This document shows, one piece after another, positions 9,041 to 17,939 of a stretch of DNA of 64,000 bases. The number at the start of each line of letters is the position of its first letter. Within the stretch, counting starts at the first letter, position 1. Both the position numbers and the translations under genes were made by a program. Location: NCBI GenBank assembly GCA_964632315.1, contig CAZWEM010000005.1:32001-96000 (forward strand). The letters run 5' to 3'. The notes beneath the pieces are model-generated. The model saw nothing but the letters and a program-made list of their open reading frames with translations, was not told the DNA's origin and searched no databases. This DNA is from an uncultured archaeon (GTDB taxonomy: Archaea > Asgardarchaeota > Lokiarchaeia > Sigyniarchaeales > SOKP01).

Positions 9041-10696
9041 TCATTTATTGACAAGACGCCAACCTTTAGGCTCAGAACGAGAGTATTCAATAATTCCTTG
9101 TTCTTTTAAAATATCTACCTGTTCCTCAACATCAGCTTCACTATAACCTAAAATGGCAATTTCTTGAACTATCTTAGTTCTAGTGGGCACTAGGTTATTA
9201 TTTTCGAGATAATGGATAATAATATAGCGTAGATTTTCATCAATTGTTAGCTGTTCTTCCGTTTTCCCCTCTTCTTTATGTAAAGCTCGGAAAAGATCTT
9301 CTCCTTTTGCTTTATTCTCTTCAATTGTAGCGGATTCGGTTTTCGGTTCGATTCCCTTGATGGCCCCTCCTTCTCCAATTTCTTCTTCTGAAAGGGTCCA
9401 CAGAGAATATGTGAGTTTTTCATACGATGAGGGTTTTTGATTTTTCATAAATTCAAATTCTTTAATGATATTCTCTTTTACATATCCCATCTTTTGAAGC
9501 TCTCTTATGACATCATCAAGAACCTTCTTATCTTCCAGGATCTTAAAAATATATTCACGGAGATTTGTTGGAACTATTTTTTGTGATGATTCTGTTTTTT
9601 CTTCATCAGCTTCAGGGGATTCTGGTTCTTTAATAGGGGATGGTGTATCTACCATATTGTTTATTATTTCTAGTTTTTCTTTTTCCCCCCATTCATAGTC
9701 CGAAATACAGCGGAGACTTCGATCATAACCACCATAAATAATATTTATCAAACCCTGCTCTGAATCAAAAACAGGAGAAACTATTTTTATAGATGTAGAA
9801 GTAGAAGTTTTCCATTTTAACTCTAAATCACTTGAATTTAATTGGGGATTGTGGTAGATTCTCAATGAGCCATCTGCACAACCTACTATTATCTCATTAG
9901 CGTTATCCCCATCAATGTCAGCAACTTTCAGTGAGATTGGTCTTCCTTCTTCGATTTTAATCGTACTCAACTCCTCTCCATTCGCGTTTAGAATCATTAT
10001 TATTGATTCATCTGTTCCAACAACCACATCATTATATCCATTGTTTGTAACATCTCCGATGTCAATTGCATTGATTTGAGAACTGAGATGTTTTTCCCAT
10101 AAAATGTCTGGTTTCGAGTCTTTAATGTGAATTAATTGTACTGTCCCATTTTTAGTCCCAATAACCAATCCATTTAGAGAATTTTCTTGTTCGGATAACA
10201 TTAAACAGCCTAAAGTACAGGAAGTAACCCATGAATCATAATATAATTCATAAAGAGGTTTTTTTGAACCAATATCTTTAAAAATTTTAAGGGTTTTATC
10301 TTCACCACCTAACATCAATTCAATATTCTCGTCATTAGTAAAATCTCCAGCAGTTACACATAAAACTTTTCCAGAACATCTGTAATTCATAATTGTAGCT
10401 AACTTGTTGATACCTTTAACAAATTTCAAAACAAGAAAATTACCATCACCGGCTCCGACCAAAATTTCATCGCAATTGTCTCCTGTAATATCTGCTGTAT
10501 AGGAACACCTACACCAACCATCAAAAGAAACACTATCTAGAATTTGCATATCCGTGTCCATTAGATAGAGTGTTTTATCGTGGCCTCCAAATACTAAAAA
10601 TGAATTACTTCCACATTTTAAGACTGAACAAGTCAAGACTGCTTCTGGAGCCTCAAAGATCCAGTTAAGATTGAAGCGCTTTCTTATAGTTGTCAT
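9041..10696 (-). CDS. FG-GAP/WD40 beta-propeller (BBS2/ITFG2-like) with C-terminal winged-helix domain(s)
   Basis: Repeats DITGDNCDEILVG, DFTNDENIELMLGGEDKTLKIF, DVTNNGYNDVVVG, DIDGDNANEIIVG; C-terminus PTRTKIVQEI...LKEQGIIEYSRSEPKGWRL; no signal peptide. Confidence 0.7.
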   Translation of the reverse strand: MTTIRKRFNLNWIFEAPEAVLTCSVLKCGSNSFLVFGGHDKTLYLMDTDMQILDSVSFDGWCRCSYTADITGDNCDEILVGAGDGNFLVLKFVKGINKLATIMNYRCSGKVLCVTAGDFTNDENIELMLGGEDKTLKIFKDIGSKKPLYELYYDSWVTSCTLGCLMLSEQENSLNGLVIGTKNGTVQLIHIKDSKPDILWEKHLSSQINAIDIGDVTNNGYNDVVVGTDESIIMILNANGEELSTIKIEEGRPISLKVADIDGDNANEIIVGCADGSLRIYHNPQLNSSDLELKWKTSTSTSIKIVSPVFDSEQGLINIIYGGYDRSLRCISDYEWGEKEKLEIINNMVDTPSPIKEPESPEADEEKTESSQKIVPTNLREYIFKILEDKKVLDDVIRELQKMGYVKENIIKEFEFMKNQKPSSYEKLTYSLWTLSEEEIGEGGAIKGIEPKTESATIEENKAKGEDLFRALHKEEGKTEEQLTIDENLRYIIIHYLENNNLVPTRTKIVQEIAILGYSEADVEEQVDILKEQGIIEYSRSEPKGWRLVNK

Positions 10697-10858
10697 GGTA
10701 TAGTGAAACTTTATATAGATTAGTATTATGAAACATAAAATTTAACTAATTAGTAATTTCATATAGAATTTATTCTTAATTTATTTAACAGTTTTGAAAA
10801 AATTATTTAAAATAATAAGAAGATAAAAAAAAGTAAATTAAATTTTTATAGAAGAGAA

Positions 10859-13051
10859 TTACAAACCTAATTGAGCATCACTAGGACTATATTTTCCAGT
10901 ACCATTAATTTCATACGTAATTTCTTTTCGATCTTCTGCTTCTAATTTATCAATAACCCATTTTAAAGTGTCGCTTCCAACTTCATCGGTTATTTCTGGT
11001 GTTTCTGAATAACTTCCATATTCAAAGCTGTCGGGTACTTTATCCATTAGAACTAAATTCTGAAGTGGCGCAGTACCGATATTTTCAACGATTAATGTTA
11101 TTCTGTAAGTTCCTAAATCTCCAACCGGTTGTACTTCTTTGCCTATTCTGAATCTTCTCCTTAAATGCAATGCTTCGATAACAGGTACTTCAGGACTGAA
11201 TTCTAGTTCCTGAGATACAGGATAGGTATTCGCCCTATAAATTATTTCGGATTCAAATCTAGCATCTTGTACAGGATTCATGCAGTGGATAGGATATTCA
11301 AATTGTAAGGTCGATTCAGGTTCAAACATCCCAGTACTCGAATTTCTCAAGTCTTTCAGTGATAAAGTGAATACACTACCATCAAATGACACAGCATCTG
11401 AACTTAATTCTAATTCATTCCTGTCCCATAAGAGTTTTATCTCATCTGCTTTCGGAGGCTGGAATTCATCATTGAAAAATTGTTGAGTTATTCTTACTTC
11501 ATTCAAAGGTGCAGATCCATTGTTGATAATTTTAAGAGTAGCAATGACATCCTTTTCCTTGTAAGTGGGCACTTGTTCTATGTCATAACTCATATCTCCA
11601 GTCATACTAGCAATTTCTAAGATAACATCAGAAATTGCAACAGAACCTTTGACCTGAGTTTGAAAATCAGGCATTACTCTAAACTCTAATTTCTTCCTGA
11701 AAGCAGGATAATCTTCAGATTCATACATCCATTTCTTAGAATGCCATTGTGCACCAGCAGGGAGCAACGGTACTTCATTAGGATCAATATCAACATATTT
11801 TGCGCTTTCATCTTCAGGAGAGTAAACATCTGCATTGAAGAGCTGGATAATAAACTCGGAAGCATTTTCAAAAACGAGCTTGCAATCCCAAATTTCCGGC
11901 TCCTCATCCCGTTCTACAGTATCGACAAAAAATCTATTTCGAGTGTATGCATCATATTTTTCGATATTCAATCCACCAGCGAACGAAGAAGATCCTTCAA
12001 ATGTAATCGCCACAGCACCTGTCTTTCTTGCAGTAATATCCGAAACTTTGATATTACTAGTAAATTTTAATACCGCAGTACGCTCTGGTTCCAATCTTTC
12101 TATCGTCCACACAACTTCATCTCCTTGAACATCAGCACTTCCTACGGATGTATTTCGAACCATAATATCAGTAAATTCATTAGGCAACTTCTTTACTACT
12201 TTTACATTAGTGATGGCTTTTTCAAACATTGATCTGAGTCCAATCGCAAACCATACCACATTTTCTTTATCAATTGAGATTCCAAACGATTCAAGCGAAT
12301 AGTCACTCGTACCTCCATCGCTATATGATTCATCATCCTCATCTTCTTCTTCCTCATCATCCTCATCTTCTTCTTCCTCATCATCCTCATCTTCTTCTTC
12401 CTCGTCATCCTCATCTTCTTCTTCTTCGACTTTTTTAACTTCAGACCCCGCTTTACTTGTCTTTGTTTTTAATTTAAGTAGATCATTTTCTATATCTCGA
12501 TTATTTAATACATCATCAGCATTAGGTAATGTGTTTACATATTCTTTTACTAATAAAAGATTAGGTACTTCATCCTTAATTAAAAATTCGTGAGTTTCAA
12601 CATTCGTATCCTCGTCAGTACCTAATTCTTGAATCTTTATGTTTTTTGATTTTAGATCTGTTTTTTCAATATTTTTCAGTTCAATATCAATATCCCATAA
12701 TCTATCTTCTTTGGAGGGATTTTCTACGTTTAATTTTCCTTGGAAGTTCATCGATTCGATATTAGATTCATGATCAAGTTCCACATCGACATCTTCGACA
12801 ATTTTTACTATCCCTAAAAGACCTTCCCGATTACCATCCTTTAAAAGTATAGAGCCTTCTAATGCTCCTGTATCCTTGTCATATGTTTCGATAACAGGAG
12901 TAGATAAATCTCGATCAACTAATGTTACCTTACCTTCATCCAATTGTGATCTCTTTAATCCTTCAGCTACTTTCGATTCCTCTGCTTCTGACGAGTCCCA
13001 TCCATACTTACGATCTGGTTCTTTTGACTTACTTCTTTTTCTGCGTCCCAT
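10859..13051 (-). CDS. Cytoplasmic multi-beta-sandwich protein with mu-homology-like domain, acidic repeat and DUF11/Ig-like domains
   Basis: No signal peptide; VKIVEDVDVEL...MNFQGKLNV and TSVGSA...VVWTIERL resemble adaptor mu/delta-COP C-terminal domain; C-terminal DUF11-like LxVENIG...DKVP...LKWVIDKL. Confidence 0.55.
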   Translation of the reverse strand: MGRRKRSKSKEPDRKYGWDSSEAEESKVAEGLKRSQLDEGKVTLVDRDLSTPVIETYDKDTGALEGSILLKDGNREGLLGIVKIVEDVDVELDHESNIESMNFQGKLNVENPSKEDRLWDIDIELKNIEKTDLKSKNIKIQELGTDEDTNVETHEFLIKDEVPNLLLVKEYVNTLPNADDVLNNRDIENDLLKLKTKTSKAGSEVKKVEEEEDEDDEEEEDEDDEEEEDEDDEEEEDEDDESYSDGGTSDYSLESFGISIDKENVVWFAIGLRSMFEKAITNVKVVKKLPNEFTDIMVRNTSVGSADVQGDEVVWTIERLEPERTAVLKFTSNIKVSDITARKTGAVAITFEGSSSFAGGLNIEKYDAYTRNRFFVDTVERDEEPEIWDCKLVFENASEFIIQLFNADVYSPEDESAKYVDIDPNEVPLLPAGAQWHSKKWMYESEDYPAFRKKLEFRVMPDFQTQVKGSVAISDVILEIASMTGDMSYDIEQVPTYKEKDVIATLKIINNGSAPLNEVRITQQFFNDEFQPPKADEIKLLWDRNELELSSDAVSFDGSVFTLSLKDLRNSSTGMFEPESTLQFEYPIHCMNPVQDARFESEIIYRANTYPVSQELEFSPEVPVIEALHLRRRFRIGKEVQPVGDLGTYRITLIVENIGTAPLQNLVLMDKVPDSFEYGSYSETPEITDEVGSDTLKWVIDKLEAEDRKEITYEINGTGKYSPSDAQLGL
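12330..12427 (-). repeat. 24-bp in-frame tandem repeat (about 4 copies) encoding EEEEDEDD
   Basis: Plus-strand unit TCATCCTCATCTTCTTCTTCCTCA repeated, near-perfect. Confidence 0.9.
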
Positions 13052-13230
13052 AATTTATTACCAATTTTATTTTAGGATTAATAAATAAACTTCGGTGTAA
13101 TTAATATACCTTGTATGGTTAAAAAACCTTTTTTTCATATACTATTTATTTTTATAAAAGACCAATTGAAGATAAATTAGTCGGGAAATTTGATTTAATT
13201 TGTAGAGAAGTAATTGAAATAATATGATCT

Positions 13231-13425
13231 TTAAATTATTCGTTTCTTAAAGTCATTATGCTTGTGTGGATTCATATCGGGCTCAATAAATTTATGCCCA
13301 CACATCGGGCACACATTAATCTTTTTTTTTGATTTCGGTTTAAAAGGTTTAAAGCTATAACCACAGACTGGACAAGTTTTAATTAATCTATTATCAATTC
13401 CTTCAATTTTTATTTTTTTTGCCAT
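13231..13425 (-). CDS. Small zinc-ribbon protein
   Basis: CPVCG and CPMCG pairs. Confidence 0.7.
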   Translation of the reverse strand: MAKKIKIEGIDNRLIKTCPVCGYSFKPFKPKSKKKINVCPMCGHKFIEPDMNPHKHNDFKKRII

Positions 13426-13464
13426 AGGAAGGTTACGTGGTGTATTAATTTTGTATGCTTTTAA

Positions 13465-14883
13465 TTATTTCTGAGTGAATATTAAAATAATATCATTTAC
13501 ATTCACGCCAGTAGGACCAGTAATTATTTGTGTTTTAATCTTTTGAAAAAAAGAACTAGAATTATTCTCAACTAAATAGGATTCTAAATTTAGATGATTT
13601 TGAATCATATCGCGATATACTTGGTTATCAATAAGTGCTCCCATTGCTTTACTATTACCTTCTATTCCATCCAAATTTACACCGAGAACTAAAAATTGAT
13701 GTTTAATTTTTTCATTTAAGAGAGAGTTTAATAGAGCAAGAAGCATTTCTTGATTCCTTCCTCCCTTTCCTTGTCCAGTGATGGTGACAGTAAGTTCTCC
13801 AGAACCAATTAACGCATTGGACTTTACTAGTGTATCTTCTTCTAATTTTCGCATTAAATAACATGCTAAGAATGATCCATAGTTCCTTGCTTCTCCCTGA
13901 AAGGAGTATTTTAATTTATATACTTCAAAATCAGATGAGATTAAGTAATTTGTAACCGCTTCTAGAGCTAATTCAACACTTCCAATTAAAAGGTTTAAGA
14001 CATTTTTGAAGCAAGGGTGGTCTTCTTTTGGGTTTTCCATTTTAGGATTAGTTTTATTCTCTTCAATTGCTTTGATAATGGAAATAGGAAATTTATCATA
14101 AAGTTCATATTTTTCTATAACTTCAATCACGTCTTTATAACTAGTAGAATCTGGCACAGTTGGTCCTGACGCGATCATATCAAGTTCATTTCCAATTACA
14201 TCAGAAATAATTAAAGATATTACATGGGCACTACTAGTTTCATAGATTTTTCTAGCTAAATTTCCTCCCTTAAAATCAGAAATATGTTTTCTTATTGTAT
14301 TAATCTCATGAATAGAAGCACCTGATTTTAGAAGTACCTTATTCACTTGCTTTATGTCTTCCAAAGATATCCCATTTTTAGGTAATGTAAGCAACGCTGA
14401 CCCTCCTCCAGAAATTAAAATTATGAATAAATCTTTATTAGTGCTTTTACTTATTAGATCAATCATATTTCTGGTACCTAACAATCCCATCTCATCAGGA
14501 ATCGGGTGATTTGCTTCATTGAATACAATTTTATTTGAAAATTTAAGATTTTTATGAGGAGTACCGATCGGAACATTTATTATTCCTTTATAGGAAAGAT
14601 TCTTAAAACTTTTCAGCATACTTTCTATTGTAGAGGCCATCTCTTCAGAAGCTTTTCCACCTCCAATGATATAAATTGAATCATAATTCTTTAAATCGTA
14701 GTGATGTCCCCCTACTAAGAGGATATTACCATCTATTGATATTGTTTTTTTAATTAGCTTTTCTGGAAGTACAGATGAAATGGCTATTTCCAAGCAGTCC
14801 AACGCAAGTTTCCTTAGAGTGCGAATCGAATCATTTAGACTTGAATTTAAGATCTCATCAGAGTTTTTTACAAATTTATACAA
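13465..14883 (-). CDS. Glycerate 2-kinase (MOFRL family)
   Basis: GGGKA, HPIPD, ISGGGSAL, KGG, IASGPT, GGRNQE, TGVNVND. Confidence 0.9.
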   Translation of the reverse strand: MYKFVKNSDEILNSSLNDSIRTLRKLALDCLEIAISSVLPEKLIKKTISIDGNILLVGGHHYDLKNYDSIYIIGGGKASEEMASTIESMLKSFKNLSYKGIINVPIGTPHKNLKFSNKIVFNEANHPIPDEMGLLGTRNMIDLISKSTNKDLFIILISGGGSALLTLPKNGISLEDIKQVNKVLLKSGASIHEINTIRKHISDFKGGNLARKIYETSSAHVISLIISDVIGNELDMIASGPTVPDSTSYKDVIEVIEKYELYDKFPISIIKAIEENKTNPKMENPKEDHPCFKNVLNLLIGSVELALEAVTNYLISSDFEVYKLKYSFQGEARNYGSFLACYLMRKLEEDTLVKSNALIGSGELTVTITGQGKGGRNQEMLLALLNSLLNEKIKHQFLVLGVNLDGIEGNSKAMGALIDNQVYRDMIQNHLNLESYLVENNSSSFFQKIKTQIITGPTGVNVNDIILIFTQK

Positions 14884-15019
14884 TCAACTTCACACCTTTG
14901 TAGAGAAAACTCTACTACTGCTTTCATTTAATTAAACTTATTATTAATTGTACTATTTTATTCCATATAAATATCTAATAAGTTTAGAAAACATAAAAAT
15001 AAGAATAGTTGAGTGTAAG

Positions 15020-16504
15020 ATGACAGAAATGTATGATCTGACCGTAATTGGTGCAGGTCCTGGGGGATATCATGCAGCAGTTAGAGCGGCTCAGTATGGA
15101 GCAAAGGTAGCCCTAATAGAAAAGAGTAAATTAGGAGGGACGTGCCTTAATTGGGGATGCATTCCAACAAAAGCTCTCTATGCTTCTGCAGAATTAATTC
15201 AAAATTTAAAAGAACATGGAGATGATTTTGGTGTCTTTTGTGAGCCCAAAGTAAATTTTGCCAAAGCGGTTGAGCGAAAAAATAAAGTTGTGGAAGAACT
15301 TGTGGATGGAATTGGAAAACTCGAAACTGCTTGGAAAAATGATATATTTTATGGTTATGGGAAAATTCTCGGAGGCAATCTTGATGATGGATTTGATATC
15401 TCTATTGAAGGGGATACTAGTCAAAAGATTAAAACAAAGAGAGTAATTATCGCTACAGGATCATCTCCCGCTTTAATTCCAGCATTCAATATAGATCATG
15501 AACGAATTCTCACTAGTGATGATATTTTAAGTCCAAATTTCAAGGTGGTTCCTAAAAGCTTATTAATTATCGGAGCTGGAGTGATAGGATGTGAGTTTGC
15601 CAATATCTTCTCAACTTTTGGAGCGAAAGTTACAATGCTCGAATACTTGTCTACACCAATAGCAACTGAAGAAAGAATGGTCATAAAGGAATTAGAAAAT
15701 AAACTAAAAAGTATGGGGATTGAGATCCACGTTTCGCAAAATGTATTATCGGTCGACAATACTGGTTCAGGTGTTAAAGCAACTACTTGTTCTGCAGACA
15801 CACCAAGAGATCAAGTTGAGAGTGCAGAAAAGTCATATTTTGAAGCAGAGTTTTGTTTAGTATCTATTGGAAGGGCTAGAGAGTCAAAGGGATTAGGTTT
15901 AGAAGAATTAGGGATTGAAACTAATAGAGGAGCCATTAAGATTGACCAAAAGACCTGTGAAACTGCTGTTAAAGGTATATTTGCAATAGGAGATGTCGCT
16001 TTATCAGGAGCGCCCATGTTAGCACATGTTGCTAGCTATATGGGAGATGTTGCAGTTGCAAATGCATTAACGACTATAGGGGAATTTCCCATAAAAGAGA
16101 GAACCACAGATTATCATGTTGTTCCAGCAACAATATTTACCAGCCCAAATATTGGTTCTGTAGGATTAAGAAGAAATCAAGCAAAAGATCTTGGAATTGA
16201 TGTTGCTATGGGACGATTCGCTTATGAATCTCTTGGAAAGGCGAAATGTGCAGGTCATGAAGAAGGGTTTATTATGATTTTAGCTGATAAAAACACGCAT
16301 AAAATTGTTGGAGCATCATGCATAGGAGCAGAAGCACCAGAATTAATTGCAGAAATAGCTCTAGCAATGCAACATGGATTAACAGTGCATGATGTATCTG
16401 AAACCGTCCATAGTCACCCTACTATTTCAGAAATGGTTCTTGAGGGTGCAGAGGATGTTTTTGGATTTGCTATTCATAAAAAAGGGCGCCCAGTACTTCA
16501 TTAA
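15020..16504 (+). CDS. lpdA: Dihydrolipoyl dehydrogenase
   Basis: GAGPGG, GGTCLNWGCIP, GAGVIG, HPTISE; start moved to ATG 15020 (MTEMYD). Confidence 0.92.
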   Translation: MTEMYDLTVIGAGPGGYHAAVRAAQYGAKVALIEKSKLGGTCLNWGCIPTKALYASAELIQNLKEHGDDFGVFCEPKVNFAKAVERKNKVVEELVDGIGKLETAWKNDIFYGYGKILGGNLDDGFDISIEGDTSQKIKTKRVIIATGSSPALIPAFNIDHERILTSDDILSPNFKVVPKSLLIIGAGVIGCEFANIFSTFGAKVTMLEYLSTPIATEERMVIKELENKLKSMGIEIHVSQNVLSVDNTGSGVKATTCSADTPRDQVESAEKSYFEAEFCLVSIGRARESKGLGLEELGIETNRGAIKIDQKTCETAVKGIFAIGDVALSGAPMLAHVASYMGDVAVANALTTIGEFPIKERTTDYHVVPATIFTSPNIGSVGLRRNQAKDLGIDVAMGRFAYESLGKAKCAGHEEGFIMILADKNTHKIVGASCIGAEAPELIAEIALAMQHGLTVHDVSETVHSHPTISEMVLEGAEDVFGFAIHKKGRPVLH

Positions 16505-16622
16505 AATCTACATCTTTAAATTTTTCCTTTTTCTTCTTTTTAGAAAACACATTTTATTACTTCTATCTATTCGCTAGTAAATCTTAGTAAGTTTTAATAA
16601 GAATAAAAAGTAATCTTCATTC

Positions 16623-17930
16623 ATGAGAGAGTCACATAACAAATACATTGGTACTTTACCTCAAGATAAGCTATTAAAGCTCTATGCAAAACACGTAAAT
16701 GCTCCAAAAGTTCGAACCTTTAAAGGATTTGGTTTTGGTGTCATTCCTGGAGAACGAGAGGGTATTAAATTTAAAACATTAGCCGGGAAAAACCCAAATG
16801 AACCACCTTTAGAGATTTTTAATTGTCGTTCAAGTGGAGGGGTATTTAATTTAGGTCATAGTAATCCTCAGATTGTACATGTGCTTAAAGAAGCATTAGA
16901 TGCTGGCTTAGATGTTGGGGATCACATGTTATTATCAGAATGGAGAGCAATTTTAGGTAAACAATTAGCTGATCTAATGCCCCCAGGAATAACTAAAACA
17001 ACATTTGGTGTCAGTGGTGGAGAAGCAATTGATACCGCGATTAAATTTTCACGAGCGTACACTAGAAGGAAAGGATGTGTCTCTGCTATAGGTGGATATC
17101 ACGGTCATACCGGATTTGCCTTGTTAACTGGCGATCCTAATTTTCGAGAGACTTTTTTATGGCACAATCCCGATTTCAAACAGGTTCCATTTGGAGATAT
17201 AGAGGCTATGAGGAACACCGTTAGTGAAAATGATGCTTGTGTTATTTTAGAAACCATACCTGCTACTGGTGGCGTTTTAATCGCCCCTGAAGGATATTTT
17301 ACTGAAGTTCGAAAAATTTGCGATGAAAAAGGAGTAATGCTAATAATAGATGAAGTCCAAGCTGGACTTGGAAGAACGGGAGAATTTTGGGCAATTTATG
17401 GCGGAATGTATCCAGATGAAAAAGTGGTTCCCGATTTCATTGTATGTGGAAAAGGCATGAGTTCGGGAGTCTACCCATTATCAACATGTAGCTATAAAGC
17501 AGCTATAGAAAAGAGTATCTTTAATGAAGATGCTTTTATTCATATTTCTACAACGGGAGGATCGGATTTGGGATGCGCTGTAGCATCAGCTATGCTAAAA
17601 ATTCAATCAGATCCAGCTTTTCTCCAACACATAAGGGAAGTAGGTAAAATTTTTGGAGATGGATTGAAAAAAATAGCTTCAGATTATCCAAATTTAATTA
17701 AAGAGCTACGAGGGAGAGGGCTGATGTGGGGAGTCGAATTTTTCAATGAAGATAATTGCCTTAAAAGCATGATTTTATCCATCCAAGAAGGTGTTTTATT
17801 AAATTATTGTGGAAATAAGAAAGACACCCTTATAATAATGCCTCCATTGATATCCACAAAAGAAGAAATCAATGAAGTTTTATTAAGAATTTCTAAAGCT
17901 ATTCAAAAACTAAAAGAGATGTCAAAATAG
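16623..17930 (+). CDS. Class III PLP aminotransferase (putrescine/acetylornithine-type)
   Basis: SGGEAID, YHGHT, DEVQAGLGRTG, GKG lysine. Confidence 0.88.
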   Translation: MRESHNKYIGTLPQDKLLKLYAKHVNAPKVRTFKGFGFGVIPGEREGIKFKTLAGKNPNEPPLEIFNCRSSGGVFNLGHSNPQIVHVLKEALDAGLDVGDHMLLSEWRAILGKQLADLMPPGITKTTFGVSGGEAIDTAIKFSRAYTRRKGCVSAIGGYHGHTGFALLTGDPNFRETFLWHNPDFKQVPFGDIEAMRNTVSENDACVILETIPATGGVLIAPEGYFTEVRKICDEKGVMLIIDEVQAGLGRTGEFWAIYGGMYPDEKVVPDFIVCGKGMSSGVYPLSTCSYKAAIEKSIFNEDAFIHISTTGGSDLGCAVASAMLKIQSDPAFLQHIREVGKIFGDGLKKIASDYPNLIKELRGRGLMWGVEFFNEDNCLKSMILSIQEGVLLNYCGNKKDTLIIMPPLISTKEEINEVLLRISKAIQKLKEMSK

Positions 17931-17939
17931 GGGATAATC

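Noticed and set aside
12330-12427. Repeat as CRISPR array
   Set aside because: No spacers; in-frame coding tandem repeat
14948-15019. N-terminal extensions in the ORF track for lpdA (also aor 22590 and 63861)
   Set aside because: Homology and SD position favour downstream starts
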